Source of the DNA: the human T2T-CHM13v2.0 reference genome, Homo sapiens | Assembly: GCF_009914755.1 (NCBI RefSeq) | Contig: NC_060927.1 | DNA length: 64,000 nt | Strand: one strand, 5' to 3' | Shown here: piece after piece, positions 16,554 through 35,046 of the stretch | Numbering within the stretch: the first letter of the stretch is position 1 | How the letters are laid out: every line of letters begins with the position of its first letter | Notes under the pieces: model-generated | What the model was told of the DNA's origin: nothing | Seen by the model: the letters and a program-made list of their open reading frames with translations, nothing else | Databases searched by the model: none | Program-made: the position numbers and the translations under genes

Positions 16554-16667
16554 CTTTGCTAATGTTTTCTTGGAGTAAATGTCAGTACGGAGACCAAAGT
16601 TCTGCAAATCAACTGGTTTTTCCTTGTTTTTCTCAGGAAAATTTAGCATCTGTTGAGCAGCAGGAAC
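16554..16667 (-). CDS. SMARCC1: SMARCC1 exon (~18), 114 nt: [38 protein letters not shown]
   Basis: tgactcag|GTTCC...CAAAG|gtaatt; inside ORF 16509..16715. Confidence 0.95.
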
Positions 16668-16744
16668 CTGAGTCAAATAAATGATAAATGGCTGAGTTAG
16701 CCTCTTTAAAGTCAAGAGGGTAAATGTTTTTAAAAATTTGTTTG

Positions 16745-17053
<309 letters not shown>

Positions 17054-17707
17054 TTAAACCACTCTTGGTGGATTTCCTACAAAAAACAATAAATACCCAC
17101 ACTTCTACACTATACTTCTAACAAAAATTCAACATATAAGTCACATTTTGGTGTCCCTTTAAATCCCAGAAAGGATAACAAATTTTCATTACTATCTTCT
17201 ATTTCACAATGGGACAAAATTTATACCTTAGGTTCCTGTGAATCCAACTTAATGCTATATATAATTTGTTTGACATAATCTGTTTTGATAATGTATATAT
17301 GGATATACACTTTACAAATCTTAGGACAAGTTATAAAGATTTCTTTGCTTCACATTTCTAGAACACAGATTGAAGGAAGGGAAAGAAGATTTTGCATCAT
17401 CTGCTTACTTATGAGTGTCTTTTTGATGACAGAAGGATAATTTACTTTTATGCATATAAAAGTAAATTAATAATTTGACAGAGTAAGGCATTCGGTCTTG
17501 GGATTGGTGGGACAGCATTAACTTAAACACTATATATTCTTTTGGACTGTAATATTTACAGTACACCAAAATACACACACAAGCAAGGATCAAAGAAATA
17601 GCACTAATAATAGCATTATAGTATAATAATAATTGTTTCTAAATAGATATGCTATAAATGGCCATTTGTTACTATCCAGGTCTGATGAAAAGTCAACATT
17701 AATTTAC

Positions 17708-17861
17708 CTGAGGTGATCGAAGATGCAGAGGCACAAGCCCAGAGGGGGTATCAGCTAATACATTAAAATGAGGAGTAGGAGGAGGTCCCATTGCCATGGG
17801 TCTACTTTCCGGGTCAACTTGGTAATTAACGAGTCCCCACTGCTCTAAAAAGGCATGGACC
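17708..17861 (-). CDS. SMARCC1: SMARCC1 exon (~17), 154 nt: [51 protein letters not shown]
   Basis: ttctttag|GGTCC...CTCAG|gtaaat. Confidence 0.96.
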
Positions 17862-18142
17862 CTAAAGAATAAAGCTCGGAAAGTTAAAATCTAAAGAATC
17901 AACTTCATGTGCTTTTACTATCATCATCATGCCATTAAAAAACAGAAACAATAAAACCAGTAAATGTGCTCAGCAGGCTGTCAAACATCACAAACTACTT
18001 GACAGATTTTGTTATGTGACGAACAATTTCTACAAGCCACAAGTAATGTTGATAACACAGCACCCCCAAACCTATTACAAAGCCTAATCATTTCAATCAC
18101 AGAAATGAGAGCACGAATACGCATTTAGGTCCATGGTAATAA

Positions 18143-18916
<774 letters not shown>

Positions 18917-19275
18917 TAAATTAAATATTTAAAATTTTCAACCTCTAATGCTGAACACAGTGCTCATGCCTGCAATCACAATACTTCGGGAGGCGGAGGC
19001 AGGAGAATCGCTTGAGGCCAGGAGATCGAGACCAGCCTTGGCAACACTGTGAAACCCCATCTTGACAATAAAATTAAATTAATAAAATAGAATAAAAATA
19101 AAATAATTAAATTGAATGAAATGAAAGGAAACAAAATATAATCAACCCCTAAATGGCATAACTAAAATTAGGTGTTTTACCCAGTTGAAACAACCAGTTT
19201 AATCAAGCAAACATTAGACAGCATGCATAAGTAAATTCCTACAGTTAAATGTCTCAGAAAAAGTCAAACAGTTTA

Positions 19276-19410
<135 letters not shown>

Positions 19411-19729
19411 TCATAAGGTGGACATGTATCCTCTCAGAAACAATGTTACTTAGAAACTCAAAAATCTTCAGATTCCTTAAAAATACAACAACAAATTAAG
19501 ACAAGAGCATAAAAAACATTGATATTATATTGCACATTTAAAGTTATGAGTGAATTTAGAACCACGAATATGCAAAACAACTGTTTATTAATGTATAACA
19601 ACAAGTAATCTAATGACATTAATGTGAAGTAACATAAATTCAAACTTGGTCATGGTGGTAGTTAACTGCAGAATTGGAAACTAACACGTGGTTACATAGG
19701 CTATCTGCCTCACTACCACATATCTATAC

Positions 19730-19960
19730 TTTACTGTGTACAGGGCACTGTTATAAGCAATGTATGTCTGACAATTGAATCCTCATAATCGCTCTATATT
19801 GCAGGTAGGGTCTGCTATCATCCCATTTATGGGTGAGGAAACAAACACTGAGTTGTTAGAGAATATGTCCTAGCCACAGGGTTGGTAACTGATGGAGCCA
19901 GAATTCAATGCTGCCAGTGTGGTAGCTCTTCAATCTATGCTCTCAACCTCTGCTGCCTAT
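19730..19960. mobile_element. MIR
   Basis: aatcctcataa...tatcatcccattt...gaggaaac...ggagccagaattcaa MIR core. Confidence 0.65.
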
Positions 19961-20658
19961 CACTTCTGTATTTCACACATGTCATGTGGATTTGGCTCTG
20001 CAAATAGCTATGTAATTTCTCACAGCAGTTCTTTAAGGGAGATCACGGCGGGGCAATAAGTAGAATCCATGAGACCAAATTCAGAAAAGAACATACAAAA
20101 ATGGAGAGAGAAATTGAGATTCTGTTACAGCAGATACTAAGGACTTCTGTCACAAAATATAGTACTTAACAACAAGAGTGTTAAGGACTTTGAGACCTAG
20201 CAACAGTTCTTGGCACACAAAGAAAACAAAATGCAGGCAGCCAAGATCACACCACTGAACTCCAGCCTGCATGACGGAATGACTTTGTCTCAAAAAAAAA
20301 AAAAAAAAGTAACAGATTAATACCCTGATTAATACATGGGAGGGTATGTACAGTATTGACAGATATGTACTTATATATAGGGACAAGGGTTCCAGAAGTA
20401 TATACTGATGAATCACCAGGGAAAGACAAAAAGTACTTCCGGCCAAACTTCTTCCTTCCAATAAGAGTTTTTCTATTTCCAATGCAAAACCACAAAAATC
20501 CTTTATGCAATTAAGCTCCATTCACATGCAGCTATATCATCATATCTCTCTTTTAATTAGCAGTCACACATCAGGAAGATAAAGATTCTATTTTCTCCTG
20601 GATGAATAGAAACAATCCAAAACATACATTCACACACAAGTTGAAAGTTGTTAGGACA

Positions 20659-21330
20659 GGCCGGGCTTGGTGGCTCACGCCTGTAATCCTAGCACTTTGA
20701 GAGGCCGAGGCAAGTGGATCACTTGAGGTCAGGAGTTCGAGACAAGCCTGGCCAACATGGTGAAACCCAATCTCTACTAAAAATACAAAAATTAGCCAGG
20801 TGTGGTGGTGCATGCCTGTAGTCTCAACTACGTGGGAGGCTGAGGCAGGAGAATAGCTTGAACCCAGGAGGCAGAGGCTGCAGTTAGCTGAGATTGCAAC
20901 ACTGCACTCCAGTCTGAGTGACAGAGCGAGACTCCATCTCAAAAAAAAAAAAAAAAAAAAGGAAGAAAGAAAAAGAAAGTTGTGAGGATAGACCTGAATT
21001 CATTATAGTAAAAATTGGTTTAAAATCCAAACTTTAACTCTAAGAGTTGATGTGCATATAGTTCAAGGTTTAGAAATAAAAGAATACTCTAGGCAACATG
21101 GTGAAACCCCCGTCTCCACCAAAAAATAAACAGATAGATAGATAAATAAACATCAGCCAAGTGTGGTGACATGTGCCTGTAGTCCCAGCTACTTCAAGAG
21201 GCAGAGATGGGAGGATCCTTTGAGTTCAGGGGGCAGAGATTTCTGTGAGCCAAGATCATGACACTGCACAACAGCCTGGGCAACAGAGTGAGACCCTGTC
21301 TCAAACAAACACCAAAAAAAACCCCCCAAA
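20659..21330 (+). mobile_element. AluSx (~20659-20960) and truncated AluJ (~21090-21330)
   Basis: Alu consensus similarity. Confidence 0.85.
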
Positions 21331-21462
21331 ACAAAAAACGAAACTAGATACAATTTCCTGTGTACCATGGAATGCTATGCAAATGAGATATGAACACTGT
21401 TCTGAAAGGAGTATTTGCAAACTTCCAAGAATCAGCAATAAGGAACTCAGGTGGATGCTTGA

Positions 21463-21929
<467 letters not shown>

Positions 21930-23154
21930 GGAGTGTTCTTTTTAAAAGAATAAAATCATTAAATATTCTAAGTAAAAGTGATAAATCCAAAACCTGAGTA
22001 CTGCTTGCCAAAATTAATTGGCTTACACTAGTTTCTATGTATTAACAGCATACAAAAAAGTTAAGGAAAGCTTTCTCTTTCTCACTCCCAGTACTTACTG
22101 TAGTTTTTCTATTCCCATAACCAAACTAAAAAACTACTATCGACACACTGAAAACTATACATTTTATTATTTTTTGGGATAATACAACATAACTAGATAA
22201 GAAGCCATAAGATATGAAGAATTCTTTGAAAAATGGTGACAAAAACAAAGGAGCTGGCACGGCATGGCAACAAACTGATGAAACAAATGACCAGAGTAGA
22301 GACAATGAATTTGCTAGTCTCAGCTTCTCAGGCTGTTAACATAAATGAGCCTTTGTCCAGCCCTCAGAAACACTGTGATAAATTAATAACTTTTTAGTTT
22401 TTATTTTTGGTGGAGGTGCTGGGGAGATATATTACTTTTTTAAAAATTTCACTATCAATTGCTTTTAATAATATCACAGAAGTACATTTTAACAATATAT
22501 GCAAACGCTAATAATTTTATGACATGTTACAGGTCATAAGCAGAGATCAGGTAAAATGATCAGGCCTAACAGTAAAAAAAGAACAAACTGTATATCTAGC
22601 ACAAAGTTTCTGCTGCTAATATAAGTGTGTGTTTCTTCCTGATGACATTTTAGTTTCTCAGTGACTTTCCAGATATGCAACATGTTAAGTAGTGGTTGCA
22701 CGGCAAAGAGCAAATCAATGGTCTGGGAATATAATTCAAATTATTCACTTTTTGAATATTTGGTAACATTTAAATTAAATTGGATTTGTAGGGTCAAATA
22801 CTATAAATACAATGAATTACCGGCAAACTTCTAGAAAGATAATTTCTAAGATGGATTAATGCTATATAAATATATATAATGACTCTTAAAAGAATAACCG
22901 TAAGGAACTAATTACATAATTCTAATATAACTCCTAATGTTTTCATTGTTACAGGTTAGGAAAGGCCCACTTTTAAAAAAAATTCTGTATCATAACTAGT
23001 ATTTCTATTATTTAACTGCATGTAGTGTGACATGCAAAGATGATCAGGCAAATGAAAACGTTTCTGTAAACTATAATCTTACATAGTTATTTACTGTAAT
23101 GATTTTCCATTTTCTAATTTTATTTTTTAATTAAAAAGAAATTCACACACACAC

Positions 23155-23640
<486 letters not shown>

Positions 23641-24094
23641 CCTTTATCTAATTTTAGAGAAAAAGAATGCCGGTTTCTCATGTGTGTCCTCTTAGGCCAT
23701 TGTACTAACGAGTTTTAAAGTTTGTCAATTTTAACAGAACAACTCACTATTTTGGAATAATTAAAACAGCAAAAATATATAAAGATAGAATATGTTTTTT
23801 AAAAGTAATTTACTGTTTACTATTTAGTATGTCATATATTAATAATTGTTTATGATATAAAAATTGGTGTCAGCTGACAAAAAGCTACATTAAAAGTACA
23901 TAAACATAATTTTATTGTGAGCCAAAAGCAAAATTGTGAATGTTTAAAAATTCTGAATGTTAAACACATAATTGCAAAGATAACAAGACTGAGACACTTC
24001 CAAATGTTTAAAAATAATTAAAGAGAGTAACAAATGTAATGAAGACTGATGTTCAAAGATATGCACTTATTCTGTTCCAGGTTGTATTTACTGA

Positions 24095-24429
<335 letters not shown>

Positions 24430-24590
24430 TATTCAGTTGGTTTTAAATGTACTCAGGAAAGTCTCAATATTTGAGCCACAGAATGATGTCAGACAAAAAT
24501 AAGGCATATCAAGTGGATCACTGACTATATTCTTTTAAATTGTCTCCAAAAAGACTTCTGGACATACATGGATTTTAAAAATCACATTCA

Positions 24591-24887
<297 letters not shown>

Positions 24888-25054
24888 TTAAAGATGCTAA
24901 CATCTATTTGGAGTGGTAAGTTCTGGTATTTATGTTTTTAAAAAAACAACAACAACAAAACAGTCGAGGCACAGACAAACAAAAAGACAAACAAAAATCA
25001 TTCTAATATTAAATAGTCACATCTCATAAGCAATCAATAAAAAAGACAGTACTC

Positions 25055-25403
<349 letters not shown>

Positions 25404-25524
25404 TCAGAGACGATGCTAAGGAGGTCTGTTTTCTTAAACATTTTTACATGCCAGGATTTATATTTTAAAAGCCTCCTGATGTTAAAATATTTCCTATTAA
25501 AATAAAGCTATTATTGGGTAGTAA

Positions 25525-25842
<318 letters not shown>

Positions 25843-25846
25843 TAAA

Positions 25847-26490
25847 GTAGTCCCTTCATATCTGTGGAGTTTGTGTTCCAAGACCCCCAATGGATGCCTG
25901 AAACTGTGGACAGGGCCATTAAGTTTTTTCCTACGTATACACATAAACACACACATACCTATGACAAAGTTTAATTTATAAATTAGACACAGGACTAGAT
26001 TAACAAAAACCAATAATAAAAAAGAACAAGTATAACAATTTATTATACACAATTTCATGAACAGAAGATTTGTTCTTATCATAGATCTTAGCAAGCTCAG
26101 CACACAATTCTTTTTAAGTCGGAAACATTCACCTTTTCACTTAAAGGAAGCGCTTTATACATTCACTTTGGCGTATCCGAACTATCACCATCACTACTTC
26201 TATGCATTGGGGCCACTAACTAAAATAGGGGTTCCTTGAACAGAAGCACTGAAATCCCTTGACAGCTAGTCTAATAACTGATACGGATACTAAATGACTA
26301 ACAGGTGGGTAGCATGTACAGTGTGTCTACATTGAAAAAAAAGGATGATTCATACTCCTGGCATGAAACTGCAAGATTTCATCCCACTACTCAGAATAAC
26401 ACACAACGGAAAATTATGAATTGTTTACTTCTGGAAATTTTCAGTTAGTATTTTTAATCTAGAGTTAATTTCAAGTAACTAAAAACTTTT
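25847..26490. mobile_element. MER44/Tigger7 (TcMar-Tigger DNA transposon)
   Basis: gtagtcccttcatatctgtgg...gttccaagacccccaatggatgcctgaaac end and ttatgaattgtttacttctggaaatttt motif. Confidence 0.78.
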
Positions 26491-26661
26491 TATAATAATT
26501 TAAAACATTTTATACTACTACTCAAGTATTTGCTTGTTTGAATTATAGCTGATTCTAAATGAGTTAGATTCAAGCTTACAAAATTTTACAAACCTAAATT
26601 ACAACAAAATCTAGTTTCAATCCCTGAATTGTTTTTCTTTAAAAAAAAAAAAAAAAATTCG

Positions 26662-26975
26662 AGCCAGGCGCGGTGGCTCACGCCTGTAATCCCAGCACTT
26701 TGGGAGGCTGAAGCAGGTGGATCACGAGGTCAGGAGTTCAAAACCACCCTGGCCAAGATGGTGAAACCCATCTCTACTAAAAATACAAAAATTAGCCTGG
26801 CACGGCGGCGGGAACCTGTAATCCCAGCTACTCAGGAGGCTGAAGCAAGAGAATCACTTGAAACCGGGAGGCAGAGGTTGCAGTGAGTCGAGATCATACC
26901 ACTGCATTCTAGCCAGGGTGACAAAGCAAGACTCTGTCTCAACAACAACAAAACAAACAAACAAACAAAAAACAC
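26662..26975 (+). mobile_element. AluSg-like
   Basis: Alu dimer. Confidence 0.88.
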
Positions 26976-27132
26976 AAACACATTCCAAAGATAAAAATCA
27001 CTCTCCATCTCCCTTCATCCAAAGTGATAGTAATTTCTGATAAGGAACATGGGCAGAAAGGCACAACCTGATTTCAAGGAAAGTTCTTGTACTGCTCAGT
27101 ACCATGCTCACAGATGGAAGTGGTCCACTCAC

Positions 27133-27254
27133 CAGTTATAATCAAACCATGATGCATAACTAGGAATAATAATGTGATTGGTCTGCTCTGTCACATTATC
27201 TTCCCCAAGGTCAACTGATCGACTCTGATCACCTTTGGCAGGATCTTCATCTTC
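27133..27254 (-). CDS. SMARCC1: SMARCC1 exon (~14), 122 nt: [40 protein letters not shown](C); SWIRM start
   Basis: ttctatag|GAAGA...AACTG|gtgagt. Confidence 0.96.
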
Positions 27255-27787
27255 CTATAGAAAAGAAGACAAAGTTCAAAGAAAGAAAGAACTACAGAGA
27301 GAGATATATATAACATCTCTTACACTTCAGTTGTTAGGTTAAATAAAATGAAGCTCCCCGATTCGATCAGATATTTGAAAAACAAATTTCAAGTAAAAAC
27401 AACCTTTCACAGTATTTAAGGTACAAGGTAGCCAGCTGATAAGGTTTTGTTGCTCATTTATGATGATGAGGGAATCAATGCAGAGAAGGTAGGTCTCTCA
27501 TAATAAGATTAACAAGTTGATTGAAGAAAGTCTGTTTCAATGCACAGGACTTCAGACTAAATAAATAACTCATAACCCAGATCTCGTTCCATAATAGCTT
27601 GCTTCTTCCTTGTCCAGTTTTACTTAATCTGAAGTAAATGTTTACTTGATACACATTTTTATTGCATACATTTAAACGTATTTTAAATACTTTTTTTGAT
27701 ATTGAAATGTTTTACAATTTTCTCTCTGTGGTGATTTTATTATTTGTAACCTAATGAAATTATTTTCTATTAAGAAACCAAATTATG

Positions 27788-28080
27788 GGCTGGGCAAGGT
27801 GTCTCATGCCTGTAATTCCAACACTTGGGAGGCTGAGGCAGGAGGATCACTTGAGACCAAAAGATCAGGACCAGCCTGGGCAACATAGTCAGACTTTGTC
27901 TCTACTAAAAATTTAGAAATTAGCTGGACATAGTGGTACATGCCTGTAGTCCCAGCTACTTTAGAGGCTGAAGTCAGCAAGATTGCTTGAGCATGGGAGG
28001 TCAAGACTACAGTGAGCTGTGTTTCCACCACTGCCCTGCACTCCAGTCTAGGCAAGACCCTGCCTCAAAAAAAAATAAAA
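27788..28080 (+). mobile_element. AluJ
   Basis: Alu dimer, diverged. Confidence 0.85.
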
Positions 28081-29061
28081 TAAGCAAAAACCCAAATTTT
28101 GAATCAGTTTTCTTTTACAATGGTTCCACAATTTAATTTCTACCTTTTTCTTAATTCAACCTAAATCTCCTGTTACAGTATTTGAAGTGACGATCTAGTG
28201 TTACTACCTATAACAGTTTCTATAAGAATAGTAAAAAGGAATAAATTTAAAGCATGAAAACACCAAGGACTCTAGTTATTACTTAAATGATATTGAATAC
28301 AAATGTGATACTAACGATGACAAGGGTAACAAATTTTATTTCCCAAATCACAGAAGCTAGCAAAAAATATTCTCAATGTTCACCTGTTTTTATTTTGGCT
28401 TTAGTTAATATATTTTTGTGTTACAGACTTTACAAATCATTAGGAGACAAAAAATTTCCCTTATTCAGAAAAAACAGGAAGAGGCTGGCATTGCAATTAA
28501 TGAAGGCCAACAGTATAAGTTTTAATGACTTCAATCAGAAAACAACAAGGAAGATGACATTGTGGGAGACAGCTTTAGAGACACTACCTCTAATCCTTTT
28601 AAGATATATAAACGACTGGTATATGGCTTCAAATCCTCTTATCTTTGGCATTAAAACGAAGGAATTTGACTTTCCTTTTTAGCTGGGACCATAGGCAGGT
28701 GCCACCACACCAAGCTAATCTTTTAAGTTTTTGTTGATGCAGAGTATCCTTGTGTTGTGCTGGCTGGTTTTGAACTCCTGGGCTAAAAGTGATTCTCCCA
28801 CCTGGGCCTCTCAAAGAACTAGGATTACAGACGTAAGCCACTGCACTCAGCACTTTTTATTAAAAAAAGAGTGTCTTGCACTGTCACCCAGGCTAGAGCA
28901 CAGTGGCAGGATTTTGGCTCACGCCAGCATAGTAATTCCTAACCTCAAGCAATCCTCCCATCTCAGCTTTCCAAAATGCTGACGTCATAGGTGCCAATCT
29001 CTATTTACTCTAAATAATGACATATTTTTGCACAGGTAATGTTCATTAATAAGTGGCTCTT

Positions 29062-29361
29062 GGCTGGGTGTGTTGGCTCACACATGTAATCCCAGCACTT
29101 TGGGAGGCCGAGGCAGGTGGATCACCTAAGGTCGGGAGTTCGAGACCAGCCTGACCAACATGGTGAAACTCTGTCTCTACTAAAAATACAAAAATTAGCT
29201 GGGCGTGGTGGTGCATGCCTGTAATCCCAGCTACTCCGGAGGCTGAGGCAGGAGAATCACTAGAACCCGGGAGGCGGAGGTTGTGGTGAGCCTAGATCAT
29301 GCCATTGCACTCCAGCCTGGGCAACAAGAGCGAAACTCCATCTCAAAAAACAAAACAAAAA
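29062..29361 (+). mobile_element. AluSp-like, TSD aagtggctctt
   Basis: ggtcgggagttcgagaccagcctgacc diagnostic; TSD. Confidence 0.88.
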
Positions 29362-30011
29362 GAAGTGGCTCTTTGACTAAATAACTTTGATTTTTTTTTT
29401 TTTTAATCATAAGAACAATACAGGTGAAGAGTCATAAGAAAAGAGTTTCTTGAAATACTTTTCCGGAAATCCTGTCATGCATATGTTCATCCTTGAATGT
29501 ATACAACAATGATAAGGATCATCTTAGGGAATTTCTTTGCAAATGAAAAAAAAAATCTATATTCAGCAAGTTAAGGAAATTATTTCAAGAAGATTGGGGG
29601 TTAATCACACAGTCAAACATGATAGCCTGAGTAAACAAGACGCCGTTTATTTTTAAAAAATTAAATCCTACCTTAAATCTAACATGTTCCAAAAGCATAA
29701 TGATTGAGGTATCGCTACAGCAGAATTCATAAAGCAGGAAGTAGCTCGCAATAAGGCTCAAGAAAGGTCAAAGTATGATTCAAAGTCTACACTGCATCAA
29801 TAGAAATGGCAGTGAGAAAAATCAAGACAACACATGGCCCCTGCTCATCTGCACTGTCGGATAACATCTGAAATACTGTGGTCGGCACTGAATATTACCT
29901 TGCAACCAGGGGAGTATGAAACTAGAAATTACAGCACATGAGGGACACTAGCAGGGAGGACAAAAATTTCCTCTAAGTAAAATCTTGGGGTCCAAGAAAG
30001 TCAAGTATTTT

Positions 30012-30270
30012 GCCGAGCGCAGTGGCTGACACCTGTAATGCCATCACTTTGGGAGGCTGAGGCAGACAGATTGCTTGAGCCCAGGAGTTCGCAACCAGCC
30101 TGGGCAACATAAAAAACTCCATCTCTACAAAAAATAAAAAAATCAGTTGGGTGTAGTGGTGCACACAAGTAGTCTCAGCTACTCGGGAGGCTGAGGTGGG
30201 AGGGGGATCACCTGAGCCCAGGAGGTCAAGGTTACAGTGAGAACCAACAGCCTGTCTCAAAAGAAAAAAC
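30012..30270 (+). mobile_element. AluJ
   Basis: gcttgagcccagg diagnostic. Confidence 0.85.
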
Positions 30271-30469
30271 TAACAAAAACACCTTCCAGAAATGGTTCTT
30301 ATATTGTATTTGTTTTCCTTAGGGGAAAAACTAAAAACAAAAAAAAATTCAAAAACCAGAAGGGCTTCATAGTCCAAAAATTGGGTTATGTCCAATTCAG
30401 TGCTTCTACTGTTCGGTACACAGGACCCTTAGAGAAGCTCTCTCACACCAGGCTTAACTGAATTGTTAC

Positions 30470-30507
30470 CTTTCCTCCTGCTGTGACTGTTTCTTCATCC
30501 TGCTCAT
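30470..30507 (-). CDS. SMARCC1: SMARCC1 exon (~13), 38 nt: (D)EQDEETVTAGGK
   Basis: ttttgcag|ATGAG...GAAAG|gtaaca. Confidence 0.94.
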
Positions 30508-32414
30508 CTGCAAAACCAAAACACACAATTCATTTTAAAAACAGGTAAATGTTCTTTGGGTTATTTGGAAAATTAATGGTCTAAGAACTGATACTGGACA
30601 GAGAAAAGGAATGAAATAGTGCATTATTAAAGCAAAATCACTCTGAATAATTCACTAAATTAGAATTCTACACAGAAGCACAGAGGTAATTAGAAATTCA
30701 AAGCAAAGATCATTAAAAATTTCAAACAGTGGGGAATTTACAATTAATTACTACTTGAGCTAATATCATAGTCATGATCTTAATAACAGATACAGGACTT
30801 GATTACGATTCTTGTCTCCTGAGTTTTGCTAAAATAACAACATTTTGGGTTTCAGAAGAAGTGAGTAAAGAATGATGAGTAAAAAAACGGGTGATAACCA
30901 ATCCCTTACTAATCTTAGTAAGACAATGCCTTCTGAGGATAGAGGGCTTAGCATGAAAGAAAGCCCAGGTAAAATTTGTAAACTAGACAGTTGATTTCCA
31001 CAATGAAAAGTAAAACTGCCAGTACAGAATAGGAAAGAGGTAGTATTAAAGAACAACAAGTTACATTATTATATGCCTGTAATATTTAAGCTTTTTATCA
31101 CTACTGTGACCGCTGGCACTAGGTAAGGCATGATGAAGTTCAAAAAGAACATGGGATGCTGGGTGCAGCAGTGCACATCTACAGTCCCAGATACTCTGGA
31201 GACTGAAGTGGGAGACTCACTCAAGGCAAGGAGTAGAAGTCCAGCCTGGGCAACAGAGCAAGATCTTGTCTCTTATTAAAAAAAAGAAAAGAAAAGAAAA
31301 AGGGTTGGGTGCAGTCGCTCACACCTATAATACCAACACTTTTGGTGGCTGGTACGGGACATAGCAAAAATAAACAGAAATTTATCAGATTTTGAAAAAT
31401 GCTATACAAAGAATAAACATAAACATATTAGAGAGGAAGTGGGTAGGTGGACACTTCAGAGCAAGTAAACTGGTGTCTCTGAAAAGGTGGCCTTTAAGCT
31501 GAAATGTTAAGAGATGAGAAAGACAAGGTAATTATTCCACAAAAAGTAAGAAACCAAATCAAAGGGCCTCCAGTTGGATTGGCTTGGTAACTTCACAAAA
31601 CAGAAAGCCACTATGAACATGAATAAAGGCTGAGCAAAATAGACAAACCACAACAGCCAAGTGCAGTGATACAAAGCATTGGCAGGAAAGTAAGACCAGG
31701 ACCCAAATCGGGGTTCTGCAAAATATTTGGAAAGAGGTTACTGAACCTCTTTAAATCTCCATTTCCTCATCAATAAAACAAAACAGTTTAATAGTGAAGT
31801 GCAAACACATGTAGAACAAGACCTGACAACTACTCATGCCACCCAGAGATGGACACGGTGGCTTAATGTGTGAGTTAGTCACAAATACTTGCTAACAAGG
31901 AATAGGTGATTCTGGATGTGAAATAATATGGTATTAATTACCAGTAGGAGTTCTGCAGCTCTGCATAGTGACTATTTTTATGTAGGAAGTAACTAACAGA
32001 AAGAAATCTAGGTAAGGCTGCCAAAAACAAACACTTGGTCCGTTGGACAATGGTAAACCATAGCATAACCAACCTCTTACTAGAAACTGTTAGTTTGACT
32101 TAATAATCTCTCCCATTACTCAAATTACACATTTTTAGTCTGACGAATTTCATTCCCCAAAGTAGTCTTGGTACTCAATGGGAAGATACTTCTGATAATA
32201 TTAAATTATATATGATCCCTAATATTAATAATATCCCTAATATTATTGAATGGTAATATTCAATAAATGTTCTCTTCCTCCTTTCAGATGTGAGAAAATA
32301 TGCTCCACACCAAACACCTGAATCTCCTTCAGAGACCTGAAGAATGAAAGAAAGACCTATATTTGATGAGGTAGCATATAAGGCAGAATATAGAGCAGTT
32401 AAAACAACAGCTCT

Positions 32415-33090
<676 letters not shown>

Positions 33091-33823
33091 TAATGACTGC
33101 AATTTATTCAAATACAGAATTCCTTAATTAGAAGATAGAACTGACATCTCATTTTCTAAAAAAGATCTTGAAAATCCCTTTCAGGTTTAAAGTTCCGTAA
33201 AGTCAAAATTTTAGTAAATACTGAAAACAATAGGTTCTCCTTTACAAGTGAAGAAAAGAAATCAAGCCTAATGTCTCATCTACAACTCTCCAGAACAAAG
33301 ATGTTTAAAACTACCCCTATTTAATGTTTAAGGAGAACAAGTGATTATACTCTTTTCTATTCTCCTGCAAAATCACTCAAGAATTATACCTTACTTGTGA
33401 AAATGTACTCTAAGACTTGGAAATACTAGGAAAGGATGATGTCATTCTCATTTTATACTGCTTAGAAACTTTAATTTGGCTTACAAAGTATTAACACTCC
33501 ACAGATTTTTGTTCTAACAATACAGTATCATTTTGCATACTGTTACAAAAACAATTCTTTCAGTGACATTTGAAAAAGTACTTTAATTAGAACTATTTCC
33601 TTAAAACTCATATTCTTATTCAATTATATTATTACCACCTTCCCTAGTTTGTACAAAAATATTATGCTCCAAGAGGGGGAGATCACTAAGAATGGCAACA
33701 ATGGATCACAGGAAATTAACTCTCTTACAACAGTAGCAAACCAAATCATAATGGCACTAAGAATAAGCCACAGCTAATATCCTGTAGTGGCTAAGCACAA
33801 GTCTCACTTAAGAAAGGAGTATC

Positions 33824-34245
33824 GGCCAGTCACGGTGGCTCACGCCTGTAATCCCAGCACTTTGGGAGGCCGAGACAGGCGGATCATGAGGTCAGGAGTT
33901 CGAGACAGGCCTGAACATGGTGAAACCCCGTCTCTACTAAAAATACAAAAATTAGCTGGGCGTGGTGGCGCAAGCCTGTAATCCTAGCTACTCAGGAGGC
34001 TGAGACAGGAGAATCACTTAAACCCAGGAGGCAGAGGTTGCAGTGAGCCCTGGGTGACAGAGTGAGATTCCGTCTTAAAAAAAAAAGAAAAGAAGGAGTG
34101 TATCAAGCTGGGCATGGTGGTGTGTGCCTATAATCCGAACTACTTGGAAGACTAAGGTAGGAAAATCGCTGGAGCCCAGAAGTTTAAAGCTGTGGTGAGC
34201 TATATTACACCACTGCACTCCAGCCTGACCAACAGAACAAGACCT
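33824..34245 (+). mobile_element. AluS followed by an Alu right monomer
   Basis: Alu consensus similarity. Confidence 0.85.
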
Positions 34246-34323
34246 TGGAAGAATAGACTATCAAAGGAGATGACATATTCAAGACAGAAAGCGCAGACCA
34301 GTGTATAGATTTTAGGTGCTTAC

Positions 34324-34383
34324 CTAGATCCGCTACAGTTCCTCCTTTAACAGGTGTATTTTCACTATCTTTCTTTAGGTTCA
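34324..34383 (-). CDS. SMARCC1: SMARCC1 exon (~12), 60 nt: NLKKDSENTPVKGGTVADL(D)
   Basis: ttttctag|TGAAC...TCTAG|gtaagc; visible inside ORF 34205..34504. Confidence 0.96.
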
Positions 34384-34754
34384 CTAGAAAAAGAAAAAAA
34401 AGAGTTATGTTTATGTGGGAAAAGTTGTACTTCTTTTTAGAAAGAAAACAGAATAGGACATGATTAAACGACATGCATCTCACTACAACTGCAACACCAT
34501 TCAATACACTTTCAGGTAAAAATCATAAGCCCAGCTATGAAATATTTAACAGACTATATTCTCATTACCCAAGCACCATATAGTTTCATCATAAAAGCAA
34601 ACAATACAAAATACTCAACAAAACATGAAAACAATCTTTCAATCCCTTCCACAAAAGTTTTTTTTATTAAAGTTTATGATGCATTTGTTTTGATTCTCAC
34701 TTCTAATCCATTCATTCTTTTAAAAAAAATTAAGGAAGAACTAATACCTTTTTA

Positions 34755-35046
<292 letters not shown>

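Noticed and set aside
29840-29853. cctgctcatctgca, identical to the exon 13 acceptor junction ~650 nt away
   Set aside because: Only 14 nt, no polypyrimidine tract and no further similarity; compatible with chance
32215-32266. 13-nt direct repeat and 9-bp inverted repeat (ttattgaat/attcaataa)
   Set aside because: Short and AT-only; expected from local slippage
32289-32370. Plus-strand exon-like unit (ttctcttcctcctttcag|...gag|gtagca) suggesting an antisense transcript
   Set aside because: Weak donor, no partner exons or promoter visible
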